64,000 nucleotides of DNA from assembly GCA_950097015.1 (NCBI GenBank), contig CATNEN010000011.1, positions 6,200,001-6,264,000 on the forward strand. The letters are read 5' to 3'. Below, piece by piece: positions 36,295-48,455 of this stretch. A model generated the notes under the pieces. It saw only the letters and a list, made by a program, of their open reading frames with translations, searched no databases and was not told where the DNA came from. This stretch comes from Macrostomum hystrix (lineage: Eukaryota; Animalia; Platyhelminthes). Every line of letters starts with the position of its first letter. Position 1 is the stretch's first letter. Position numbers and translations under genes: made by a program.

Positions 36295-39200
36295 TCAATT
36301 ATAGCCCTCCTCCTTCTTGCCGTGTTTGATCATCTTGGTGAACTCGGTGTAGTTGAAGCGGCCGTCCTGTACGGGGGCGCCGTGCAGCAGTTCGTCCACC
36401 TGATCGTCTGTCCAACGATCGCCCATTGTGGTGAGGATCTCTCTCAGGCGGTCCTCCGAGATATGCCCGGCTCCCTCCGGATCGAAGCAGCCGAAGGCAT
36501 TCTTGATGGTGTCCTCCGGATCGCTGCCGGACATCTTCTCACCAAACAGAGTCAGGAACATTGTGAAATTGATTGGTCCGGGAGCCTCGCTAACCATCTC
36601 CTCGGCGTATTGTTGAAGGCCAACTTCGTTCTTGCCAAGGGAGACAAGGATCTCAGAGAGGTCCTCGGCATCGATGAAGCCGTCCTTGTTGATGTCGATC
36701 ATGTTGAACGCCTCCTGCACAGTGGGTTAGCGAGTTTGAAAAATTTGAAAAATATGAATAAATAAACGCTTTCACACTACTGACACGAGTAGTTGACTGG
36801 GGAACGGCAGCATCGGAACTTTGCCAAGTCATTTTTAGTGATTAGTCATTTAGTCAATTCAAGTGATTACTGACACTAACTAAACTATCCAGCAAACTAT
36901 CGGGAATTTATCCAGCAAACAATCTAGAATTTATCTAGCAAACTATCTAGAATTTATCCAGCAAACAATCTAGAATTTATCCAGCAAACAATCTAGAATT
37001 TATCTAGCAAACAATCTAGAATTTATCTAGCAAAATAGTACGTTGGTTTCATAAAAGATTCTACAAAAAGCACATAACAGAATCCAGACCCAATGCTGCA
37101 ATTTTCAGTCACTGACAGAACAAGAAATTTTAAAAAAATAGACAGAAAAAGAAAAACGCGTTGCTGCTTATAATTGACTTGCTGAAGAACCAAGTATAGA
37201 GTAGGAGAGAGGCGTGGCAATGAATGAGCAGTTTATTTCTGCAACAGCTTTACGACATTCGCAGTTTAAGGACAGAAACACGCAGTCAATGGAAATTAGC
37301 ACTAAATGCGCATATGCAAGAAAAAAAATAGTCAAAGACCTAGTCCTGCTTTATAGTGTTGAACTATAAGGCCTTAATCTTATGAAATTAGATAGTTGAG
37401 CTAAAAAGCTTATAGGCTATAGACTTACTTAGACATTTCAAAGAGTCAGATTATGGTATATACAGAAAAGCTGACAGACAGTTACAGACAAGCCGACAGT
37501 GACAAACAGACAGTTGCAGACAAGCTGACAGACAGATACAGACAAACTAACAGACAGATACAGATTAACAGAGACAGACAGAGATAGTATGCCAGACAGA
37601 GTACAGTACCGACAGACAGATACAAACAAGCTGACAGTAGCAAACAGACAGGCTTACAGACAGATAAAGACAAGCTGACAGACAGATACAGACAAGCTGA
37701 CAGACAGATACAGCCAAGCTGACAGACAGATACAGACAAGCGCTGACAGACAAGCTGACAGACAGTTACAGACAAGCTGACATACAGTTACAGACAAGCT
37801 GACAGACAGATACAGCCAAGCTGACAGACAGATACAGACAAGCGCTGACAGACAGATACAGACAAGCGCTGACAGACAAGCTGACAGACAGTTACAGACA
37901 AGCTGACAGACAGTTACAGACAAGCCGACAGACAGACACAGCCAAGCTGACAGACAGATCTACAGACAAGCGCTGACAGACAAGCTTACAGACAGATAAA
38001 GACAAGCTGACAGACAGATACAGACAAGCTGACAGACAGATACAGCCAAGCTGACAGACAGATACAGACAAGCGCTGACAGACAAGCTGACAGACAGTTA
38101 CAGACAAGCTGACAGACAGTTACAGACAAGCTGACAGACAGATACAGCCAAGCTGACAGACAGATACAGACAAGCGCTGACAGACAGATACAGACAAGCG
38201 CTGACAGACAAGCTGACAGACAGTTACAGACAAGCCGACAGACAGATACAGCCAAGCTGACAGACAGATCTACAGACAAGCGCTGACAGACAAGCTTACA
38301 GACAGATAAAGACAAGCTGACAGACAGATACAGAAAAGCTGACAGACAGATACAGCCAAGCTGACAGACAGATACAGACAAGCGCTGACAGACAAGCTGA
38401 CAGACAGTTACAGACAAGCTGACAGACAGTTACAGACAAGCCGACAGACAGTTACAGACAAGCTGACAGACAGATACAGCCAAGCTGACAGACAGATACA
38501 GACAAGCGCTGACAGACAAGCTGACAGACAGATACAGACAAGCTGACAGACAGATACAGACAAGCGCTGACAGACAGATACAGACAAACTGACAGACAGT
38601 TACAGACAAGCTGACAGACAGATACAGACAAGCTAACAGACAGATACAGATTAACAGAGACAGACAGAGATAGTATGCCAGACAGAGTACAGTACCGACA
38701 GACAGATACAAACAAGCTGACAGTAGCAAACAGACAGGCTTACAGACAGATAAAGACAAGCTGACAGACAGATACAGACAAGCTGACAGACAGATACAGC
38801 CAAGCTGACAGACAGATACAGACAAGCGCTGACAGACAAGCTGACAGACAGTTACAGACAAGCTGACATACAGTTACAGACAAGCTGACAGACAGATACA
38901 GCCAAGCTGACAGACAGATACAGACAAGCGCTGACAGACAGATACAGACAAGCGCTGACAGACAAGCTGACAGACAGTTACAGACAAGCTGACAGACACT
39001 TACAGACAAGCCGACAGACAGACACAGCCAAGCTGACAGACAGATCTACAGACAAGCGCTGACAGACAAGCTTACAGACAGATAAAGACAAGCTGACAGA
39101 CAGATACAGACAAGCTGACAGACAGATACAGCCAAGCTGACAGACAGATACAGACAAGCGCTGACAGACAAGCTGACAGACAGTTACAGACAAGCTGACA

Positions 39201-41225
39201 GACAGTTACAGACAAGCTGACAGACAGATACAGCCAAGCTGACAGACAGATACAGACAAGCGCTGACAGACAGATACAGACAAGCGCTGACAGACAAGCT
39301 GACAGACAGTTACAGACAAGCCGACAGACAGATACAGCCAAGCTGACAGACAGATCTACAGACAAGCGCTGACAGACAAGCTTACAGACAGATAAAGACA
39401 AGCTGACAGACAGATACAGAAAAGCTGACAGACAGATACAGCCAAGCTGACAGACAGATACAGACAAGCGCTGACAGACAAGCTGACAGACAGTTACAGA
39501 CAAGCTGACAGACAGTTACAGACAAGCCGACAGACAGTTACAGACAAGCTGACAGACAGATACAGCCAAGCTGACAGACAGATACAGACAAGCGCTGACA
39601 GACAAGCTGACAGACAGATACAGACAAGCTGACAGACAGATACAGACAAGCGCTGACAGACAGATACAGACAAACTGACAGACAGTTACAGACAAGCTGA
39701 CAGACAGATACAGACAAGGGGTAAGAAGTCAGACGGCAAGTGTTGATTATCAGTCGGGCAAGTTCTCTACGTATTCCGTCCAGCAAAGGTGCTGATAAAA
39801 ACAGTAAGTTTAAATCGCCTTTTAGGTGCTTCAAAAAAGGATAAATCTAAGAAAAAACAGCAAACTTAAAAATGAGATCTCGCAGGACGAAAGGCGTAGA
39901 GAACGATGCCCAATAGTTCTTTGGCTGCTGAATCACAATAGACTGTAGATTTGTAATTTCAATTTTTCAACAAAAGATAATGCAGATCAGAAACAGGCAT
40001 CTGGCTTGAGTCGGCAAGTGGGCTCTTATAGGCGCGAGAATTTTTTTCCAATTAAAAAACGTCATTAATCTAACATTTAATAGATCCCACAAAATTGCTT
40101 TCCTAATCCGACGATATCAGATTATAAAAACGTTTTCAAGGAAAAAATTTCTTCCTAGAAGAAAAAACGAAATAACTAAATCCCAAAGCAATAAACAGAA
40201 GTCACGAACCATTTTTATGGTTCAAAGAAATAAATTCTAAAAAAAATAGAGCCCGTCTTGATTCACATCCGAGTTTTATAACATAATTTCTATTTCTTTA
40301 AAAAAACCTATGATTTGCCCCTAGATCAGACGTAAATAAGTAGACAGTATGTCAGACAGAGTACAGACAAAGAGACAGTATGTCAGACAGAGTACAGACA
40401 AAGAGACAGTATGTCAGACAGAGTACAGACAAAGAGACAGTATGTCAGACAGAGTACAGACAAAGAGACAGTATGTCAGACAGAGTACAGACAAAGAGAC
40501 AGTCTGTCAGACAGAGTACAGACAAAGAGACAGTCTGTCAGACAGAGTACAGACAAAGAGACAGTATGTCAGACAGAGTACAGACAAAGAGACAGTATGT
40601 CAGACAGAGTACAAACAAAGAGACAGTATGTCAGACAGAGTACAGACAAAGAGACAGTATGTCAGACAGAGTACAGACAAAGAGACAGTATGTCAGACAG
40701 AGTACAAACAAATAGACAGTATGTCAGACAGAGTACAGACAAAGAGACAGTATGTCAGACAGAGTACAGACAAAGAGACAGTATGTCAGACAGAGTACAG
40801 ACAAAGAGACAGTATGTCAGAGAGAGTACAGACAAAGAGACAGTATGTCAGACAGAGTACAGACAAAGAGACAGTATGTCAGACAGAGTACAGACAAAGA
40901 GACAGTATGTCAGACAGAGTACAGACAAAGAGACAGTATGTCAGACAGAGTACAGACAAAGAGACAGTATGTCAGATTGACAAGATGAGTCATTGTAAAA
41001 GACAAGAAGACAGTAATGTTTATAAACATGGGGTAGAAACAAAAAAGCATACTGATAAAAAACAGATAGGAACTATTTTTAATTATGGTATGAAGAATGA
41101 TGAAAATAAATTAAACAAACCTTAAATTCCTGAACAGACTGTTCAGAGAACATGCTGAACACATTGCTAGTGTAGCGCTGGGTGCGCTGCCTTGGTCCAC
41201 GACGCTTAGCAGCAGCCTTGGACAT
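36295..41225 (-). CDS. MRLC: Myosin II regulatory light chain, 174 aa; exons 41225-41121, 36714-36295
   Basis: It reads [35 protein letters not shown]|[19 protein letters not shown] (EF-hand) and includes [15 protein letters not shown]. There is one phase-0 GT-AG intron of 4.4 kb. Confidence 0.95.
36880..37032. repeat. 23-bp minisatellite (AATTTATCCAGCAAACAATCTAG)
   Basis: About 6 units in the MRLC intron. Confidence 0.9.
37470..39717. repeat. Complex GACA-based satellite with a 1086-bp higher-order duplication
   Basis: Modules include ACAGACAAGCTG, GATACAGCCAAGCTG and GTTACAGACAAG. Matching spurious ORFs recur exactly 1086 bp apart (37565/38651, 37654/38740, 37892/38978, 37986/39072). Confidence 0.95.
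40343..40976. repeat. 31-bp minisatellite (GACAGTATGTCAGACAGAGTACAGACAAAGA)
   Basis: About 20 units in the MRLC intron. Confidence 0.97.
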
Positions 41226-42230
41226 TTTCTATTTGTTTTGTTTAATAAGATTTGACACTTTTTATACAGTCCAAATTAAATCTTGGCTGATAAAACACTG
41301 GAATAAAAAGCATTTTGGTCAGGTGAGCTCAAAAATTGCCTGCATAGAGAAAATTTTGGCATTTCTAATACATAAGTGTGCTTTTACTTAGGAAGGAAAA
41401 TTTTTAATCACTTTATTAACTAAATAAGTTATCTAATGCATATCCAGTGCAAAATAAACAGGGCCATTTAGATTTTTCAACATTTTTATGTACTTCCCAC
41501 ATAGCTTCCCATGACATTTTGCAACAAAATAATTGAGATGAGTGGTACTCCAGAGTCACATGGACCTTGCAACTTGCTAATTCCTTATTCCTTAATATAT
41601 ATTACATATAAAAAATGAAACCCATTAGATAGCAGTCTTAAAACTGTGCAATGGGCATATAGTCTTATCAGGTTCTGATCAAGTATACATGCAGTGGACA
41701 CTGAAAGTATACAAAAGCAGTACATATCTCCTGGCACTTCTAATCTCCTGACTTGTATGCATGATTTTGTAAATAAATTAAAACAAAGCCATTAGCCAAT
41801 AACCAATCTCAAAATTACAATTAGTGAATGTTTTTGGTGTCATCGGAAGTTCAAATTTCAATTTCAATTTTTATAAAAAAACTTTAGCTTTTAATTTTAA
41901 ATTCTTAAAACGATTTGAAGTTCAAATCATCACTAGACTATAGCATATCATTTTAGCAATACACCCTTTAGCTTTTAGGGACATATAATAACCAACAGCT
42001 AGTAGGTAAGTGCCTACATCATTGCCTACAATTTTTGGACCTCAATGACCTATGAACCTATTTTGCATACTAATTCAAAACTTTAACATTATTGAGGGAT
42101 TGTGGGCAAATTATCTAGAGGATGTATAGTCTGTGTAAACACTGAAACTGACTGCTATTGTTGCAAACCTGCATAGATAGAATACTCAAATTGCAAGTTA
42201 TTTAAATAAATAAAATTAAACAAACACAAC

Positions 42231-42416
42231 TTATTGCTTAGCTAGGCCTAGCCAGTAATATAGGCCCTATGAACTTTGTATATTAATATTGACTTAAGTT
42301 ATAAAAACTTAATGACATCACACTTATTGCTTAGCTAGGCCTAGCCAGTAATATAGGCTCTATGAACTTTGTATATTAATATTGACTTAAGTTATAAAAA
42401 CTTAATGACATCACAC
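42231..42416. repeat. 93-bp direct tandem duplication (2 copies)
   Basis: TTATTGCTTAGCTAGGCCTAGCC..CTTAATGACATCAC starts at 42231 and again at 42324. Confidence 0.9.
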
Positions 42417-44029
42417 CTAAAAGCAATATAACATTGTTTAAGTCTAACAATTTTCTAAAGGCCTAAAATTTCTTGGGTTGGCTAAGAGGTTAAGATTAAG
42501 AGTTATGTATAATGAATAATACATAGTTTTTATTGAAAAGCAAGTCATTTTGTTGACAGTTGTTACTGTGACAGTTGGTTTGGTCTGGTAAGTCAAGTTG
42601 GTTTGTTCAGTAGATCAAAAAGTAAACAAATGCAGAAAGTGGGTTGCATGCCAAAAATTATTGCGTCGTATTTTTGGCTTACATTCGTATAATATAATTT
42701 ATTTGGCCGTCACTGGTAAGCAAACTGCATAGGGAAAGTTATAGTTCATTTGCCTTGCCACTTAAGGAGACTATTCTGTGAGCCTATGCCACTGCACTGC
42801 TTACGGAATACCTGGGATAGTGTGTAAAAATCCCAAGCCAGTATACCCCTGGCTGGCGCACATCAGTAAATAAGTTACTCTTCCGCAAAATAAAAAATTA
42901 CAAAGTTAGCTCTTCTTTTGTGACTCGTTGTTTTCACAGGAAATCGGATAAATTTCATAAAAAGTTTCGAGTCATTTAAGCATTTAAACAAACTAAGTTC
43001 TAACATTCCGTAGAATGAAAATGAATATTTTATCTTTATTGGTTTAATCACAATTCTGTGTAATTAAACATGCTGTAATATGCTTATATAAAATAACTAC
43101 ATCATAATTTTAGTGCTTTCTATCCTGCGACAGAAAAACACCAAGTATCTGCATGCTATATGTATGCTCGAGTGAACTAAAGCGATAGGGAAAATTAAGT
43201 GTCGTGCACAAGCAAGGAAAACTTTGAAATAACTACAGTGGTTAACTAGAATTAACTAGTCCTTGACTTAGTATTGAACAGTATGTAGCCACGATTCGAA
43301 CTCGAGACCTCTTTTTATCTGCTCGACGAAGCTGATGAGCAATAACCACTTATCAAACATCTGCTGAACCGTACACTCTGTGCGTAAAGTTGGCGTCATT
43401 GACGCCATAAATTCTTCAGTCGAGATCTTGAAAAACGTGGCAATCTTAGAATTCGTCGAAACATGTCATGCACGCGTCATCATGCACTGCACACTGCACA
43501 GGCTACAGTCCTTCCAGTTCACTTGGCTATATAGTAGTAATTCCTATAAATTGGGTACAGGAAATCTTTCTTTGCTTGGCCAAGTTTTCGCAGTTCGCAT
43601 TGCTAAATGCCGAATCCGCACGCTACAGCATTTCCTAACTGAAGCCTAATGAGCCCGCGAAAACAGACTATTACGATGGAGGATTTAGATGGGATAATCT
43701 GCTTTGTCACTGCATGCTCTTGGGAACAACAGAACAACTTACTGCTGAACCTATCTCTCTAGCAGTAGCTTTTTGGCCTCGGAAATTTATGGAAATTTCG
43801 CTGGCGCAGACTTTTATACAAAGTGACTTGCTAAATATAAGAAAATTTGGCTTGACGACTGTCATAAAGATGGCATTTTTTGCCCCGGAATTGTCGATGA
43901 CGCAAATATACCGTGGACTTTTAGTTTGTCGCCGTATTTTGGCTTAATAATGATAACGTGCAATTTCATTGGTCCCATGATTAGTTTACGCTGGAGTAGA
44001 ATTTCAGTTAAGCTTTCATGATGTCCTCA

Positions 44030-44100
44030 AAGTCCATGGACTGAACAGCAGTACACTGCCTTTGGCGCCACGCAATATAGCTGCGGCTGTGCCACTGCAT
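44030..44100 (+). mobile_element. SINE family 2 body fragment
   Basis: AGTCCATGGACTGAACAGCAGTACAC..GCAATATAGCTGCGGCTGT. Confidence 0.65.
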
Positions 44101-45054
44101 ATTATAAATATGATCTATATAGACTCCATGGCTACTAACCGAATGTCCTCTGCAGCTAAATGGATAAATGTTTACATTAACCTTTATAATGGGATTACAG
44201 TAATATCGTGATATATGAAATAGATCTATTACCAAACTGTTCCTATACGTGTCAATAGGATTTTCTTTATCCGTCCACTGTTTATCTTGATCTGTTCCGT
44301 TCGGTTAGAAAGTCTGTACGCAGCGACCAAAGCTAACAGACGAATGATCCATGGCACCCATTTGACAGCCAGTAGAATTGAAATAACGTGGAAAATAATT
44401 TCTTCCTCGAGGACTATTAAAAATAGCTCAAACTCTGATCTTCGACCTCTAAAAATTCTACAACATCAGCACATACATGCATAGTACATATATTACATAG
44501 ATATATGCATCACAGTCAGTCTACACACCTTTTCAGTATCTGTATTCATCTGTTATATATTTAAGGCGACATTCGACATTTAACAGCCGACAGTTAACGC
44601 TCTTGTTTTGCTGCTTGGTAACTTTGGTAACTCGAACACGCGCATGCCGAAAGTCTTGTTCGGTTGCACCGCAACAGATGCAGAAGGCAGCTGAATATCA
44701 ACTAGTTTTTTTCTTTTCTTACCTTTCTCGGTGAAGAGGCCTAGAAAACAGCGACCTTTTCACTTAAAAAGTGTCGCAAGATGTACTTTCTAGCGTGTTA
44801 TATTTATGTATCTAGGATAGACCAAGAATTTGATATACTAATTTCCATTTGCTTAAATGTTGCTATTTCTATAACACATTTTCTTGAGACGCATGTCTGT
44901 CTGTCTTAGCTAGCTGCATCATTGACAGGAATGTAGAAAGATTTTACATTTAATCGGAAAAATTATTCAGACTGACAAATATGACAATAGGTGAGATCCG
45001 TGTTGAATGACTGCTGTTTCTGATGAAAGCTATAGGCCAGATAATAGTGCATGA

Positions 45055-45235
45055 GTTTTGAAGGTCGGGAGTTCGATTCCCGACTCCACTATAACAATAT
45101 GTGTAATTTAGCAACACACGTAACTCTGCATTCCTTCAGTTCACCCAGCTGAACTGATACGAGTATTTTCTGGTGTCATTGAGGGTGTACACAGCCTTCA
45201 CTGCTCATCAGGCACAATCTGGACAGGTAAAAATA
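45055..45235 (+). mobile_element. SINE family 2 copy, degenerate
   Basis: GAAGGTCGGGAGTTCGATTCCCGACTCCACT head followed by CTTCAGTTCACCCAGCTG. Confidence 0.65.
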
Positions 45236-45252
45236 GAAATTAATTTTTTCAT

Positions 45253-45932
45253 TACTGCAGGGCGGCTGCGGGCAATGACACATTATTCGGACCAGCTTGC
45301 AAAGGCTGGCGCAGCCAGCTCCCTGATGGGCCCGGGCCCGGAGGCCCCGATCCCAGCCTCTGTGGTCAACTCCAACATCAACCGCTGGATGGAGACCCGG
45401 AGGAGGTGGTCTAGCACCCTGAACTGTCGCCAGTCCAGGGCTGTAGTGCCAACCCCCTCTAGTAATCTGCGTAAAGCCTTGCTCAGGCTAAATCGCAGAG
45501 ACCTGAGAGCAGTCACCATGGCCCTCTCGGGACATGGCTGCTTCACCAGACACCGCTACCTCCAAGGCCACGTGCCTGAGGAAATGTGTCCTTTCTGCTG
45601 CTCCGGACGTGAAAACGCCGAGCATTTCATCTGCCACTGCCCGGCCTTCACCCGGGCTAGGCTAAAACATCTCGGGCCGGCACCGACCCTTGTCGAAGCC
45701 TGCTCACCCGATAACATTCCACAACTCGCCCACTTCCTACGGGATACCGGCCGAGCTGAGTTCTTCCCAGCCTATGGCGAGGAAGATCACGCGGCGGATT
45801 CGACCGACGGACCACCCTGAGCGGCACCGCCTCGCTGGAGGCCGTCTGGCTGCTAGGGGTTAGCGATATGGGCGGCATCGGCCGCCTCCTCGCTGCGTCC
45901 GTCATGGAGGCTCCCTGCCGCTAAGTAGGTGT
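45253..45932 (+). mobile_element. 5'-truncated non-LTR retrotransposon (RNase H end plus CCHC knuckle, I/R1/LOA-like) with an inverted 3' tail
   Basis: ORF 45290-45820 reads [57 protein letters not shown]. The 3' UTR runs to 45932, and 45253-45290 is an inverted tail. Confidence 0.85.
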
Positions 45933-46059
45933 ATTGATGTTTTTATAGGTAGGATTGTTAAGTCCTACTTGGTAAGTACAGCTCGCTAATATAGCAAAAC
46001 AGGCAGACAAAGTTAAGCTTCAGCTAAAGTAGAGAATTTAGAGAGAAGAACCTATTTAA

Positions 46060-46263
46060 CTAAAATAGGCAGGTAGCAACAAGTGCAGCGATGAGTGTAT
46101 GGCGATGGCCCTTCAGTTCATCCACCCCAGACATGTGCAATATGTGAAATTCTTTCTCCCCTGATGCGCCCACTTTCAGATAAAAATCTGCATATTCATT
46201 CAATTGCAACAATGCCAGCAAACGCATATTTTCTGTTTCCATATCAGTCGGCGCATGCCGCAT
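46060..46263 (-). CDS. Possible small SAM-domain protein or exon
   Basis: LLALLQLNEYADFYLKVG..LHMSGVDELKGHRHTLIAAL resembles the SAM pattern L..L.L..Y...F...G..GHR..I..AL but is slightly short. The start is uncertain. Confidence 0.4.
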   Translation of the reverse strand: MRHAPTDMETENMRLLALLQLNEYADFYLKVGASGEKEFHILHMSGVDELKGHRHTLIAALVATCLF

Positions 46264-46560
46264 GACAATGTACACCGCAGCCCATGCAATATAGATAGCA
46301 ACAGTTTTTGACAGGCACACACGCGGAAAACAGGAAAACAGGAAAACATGCCTAATCGCTAGGCATGCAGGCACTAGAGCAGCTAGCTAGCCTCCCATTG
46401 GTCAGGAGTAAATGTCTTCCTAACCGTCCACGAAGCCCGGGTCCGCTCTCTGGGATAGGGATATATCTTGGGGAAACGAAATGGGCATGCAGGCACCGAT
46501 TCTAGCGATTTCTACGGAGAAAATCCCCTCATTCACGTCGGTGAAAACTGTCGGCAGGAG

Positions 46561-47199
46561 ATGGGAGCATTTTACTCGTCCCCAGTGCGTGTTCTCCTGC
46601 TGGGTCTTGACAGCTGTGGGAAGACCACGCTGCTCCGTCAGCTCACCTGTCGCTACGGACTCGGCTGTTCGCGAGCTGCTAAGCAGACCAACGAAGTTGA
46701 AGATGACGACGACGATGTTGCAGACGAAGCCGCGGCAGCTGAGGCCGCCGATTCCGACCGAATCCAGCCGACATTCGGCTGCGTCGGAGCGGAGATTCGG
46801 CTGCCGTGCGGCGGCCCAGTTCTGGCGCTAGTCGAGATCGGCGGCCGGCGTTTGTTCCGCGACTTCTGGCGCTACCACACAGCCGGCGCCGAGGCGGTGC
46901 TTTTCGTGGTGGACAGCAACGACTCGCGACGTCTGGACGAGGCTCGGAGCTTCCTGTTCGAGGTGGCGACCAGCTGGGAACTGCTCGGAGTTCCAGTCAT
47001 TGTGCTGGCCAACAAGCAGGACATGCCGATGGCGCTGCCTAGCTGGCGAGTGGCTGCCGGTCTGCAGACGGAGCTTCTTGAACGTCTGGGACACCCGCTG
47101 CATGTTCACCGGACCATCGGTAGTACTGGCGACGGCCTCCTGACAGCGTTGCACGTCCTGGCTCGTCTAGTAAGGCAGCGGCGAAGGAGAGGCTGCTGA
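46561..47199 (+). CDS. Arf-like small GTPase, 212 aa, no intron in the CDS
   Basis: MG start, G1 GLDSCGKTT, G2 QPTFG, G3 EIGGR, LFVVDSND, G4 NKQD and a C-terminal TGDGL. Confidence 0.9.
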   Translation: MGAFYSSPVRVLLLGLDSCGKTTLLRQLTCRYGLGCSRAAKQTNEVEDDDDDVADEAAAAEAADSDRIQPTFGCVGAEIRLPCGGPVLALVEIGGRRLFRDFWRYHTAGAEAVLFVVDSNDSRRLDEARSFLFEVATSWELLGVPVIVLANKQDMPMALPSWRVAAGLQTELLERLGHPLHVHRTIGSTGDGLLTALHVLARLVRQRRRRGC

Positions 47200-47589
47200 G
47201 ATGGCACAATGATACTGTTTGGCTGATTCGGCTGTGAGAACTTTCAGGCTGTGCCTGAATTTTGACGGGTCATTCTTTCTGTACAGTCGGGATGAGATAA
47301 AATTGCAATAATTATATCATATACTAAATAGGAATTATTTCTGATTACTATTATGCTATTTAATAATCGCATTTTTGTTAACTTGTAAACTAGCTCGTAA
47401 TGAAAAGATTTGCCCACAAAACCTTGCAAAAATAGTACAAATGAAGGACTTGTATATATAGCTGGTGTACAGCAGTCTAAAGTAGCTACTTGATTCCGTT
47501 CTGATACAAATATGTTTTTTGTTTTTTTCATCAATTAGAAAGTGGAAATCTTGAGTGGTTTGTCGTAAGTCCCCAAAACTGATAAATCT

Positions 47590-47722
47590 ACAATGGATAT
47601 TGAATGTACAATGAATCTACAATGAATGTACAATGGATGTACAATGGATGTACAATGGATCTACAATTAATGTACAATGAATGTACAATGGATGTACAAT
47701 GGATGAACAATTGATGTACAGT
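47590..47722. repeat. 11-bp minisatellite (ATGTACAATGG)
   Basis: About 12 degenerate units, the same family as 54178-54432. Confidence 0.88.
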
Positions 47723-48289
47723 TTGAGTAAACATAGAGGCCATTCCAATGTACACGATAGCACACATTAATTCAAAATATGTTTGCACCCAGTTTTACTA
47801 CTTAAAGCAACGGAGAGAATGAAATTTTGCTTTTGTAGCAGCGCGAAAAGCACTGAGCATATTGAATTATAAAAATGTAGACTAATTAAAAGCCGGATGC
47901 ATGTATCGGACCAAAGCACACGTCAACAATAACATCCAAGCCATTAGGGGCATATAAATCGAGATGCATAATGAAACTTCCCTTTCCGATGCTGCTATAC
48001 AAAAGAAATTTAGTAAGTATGGACGGAAAAAAGTAGGCATAGCGGAAGAGAAAGGGTTGGCTAGAAAATGAAAGATCGTCCCTTTCAATTTGGGCTTGAT
48101 CGCGATGCGAGTTTTGAGAATATAAAAAACTAAAAAGCCTTTAAAAGGCCACGAATATGCAAAAGAAGTTTTCCACCGAAGAAGGTCAAAATAATTTAGC
48201 GGCATAAATTAGCTTCATTATATTGAGTCAAAAGTGCAAAATTAAGAGCTGTGGATATTGCTCAAAGACTTTTCGTACATTGGACGTAC

Positions 48290-48455
48290 TCGCACCAAGG
48301 TCCATGAGTTCGATTCCGCGGCGAGGCCTGATGATGAGACAGTCGGGGCAGATGTACACGCCTTTGCGAGTGTGCCTGTGTGTAGTATCTGTTCGAGTAT
48401 GTGCTCAGGAGTCAGCGGATTGAGCAGAATTGCATCCTCGCTGACTGCGGGTCGA
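48290..48455 (+). mobile_element. SINE family 1 copy, deleted and diverged
   Basis: CTCGCACCAAGGTCCATGAGTTCGATTCCGCGGCGAGG is joined directly to CCTGATGATGAGACAGTCGGGG. Confidence 0.8.

Noticed and set aside
45173-45289. N-terminal part of the 215-aa ORF as a real protein
   Set aside because: It is chance read-through across a SINE2 remnant, AT-rich flank and the inverted tail. LINE-like sequence starts only at ~45290.
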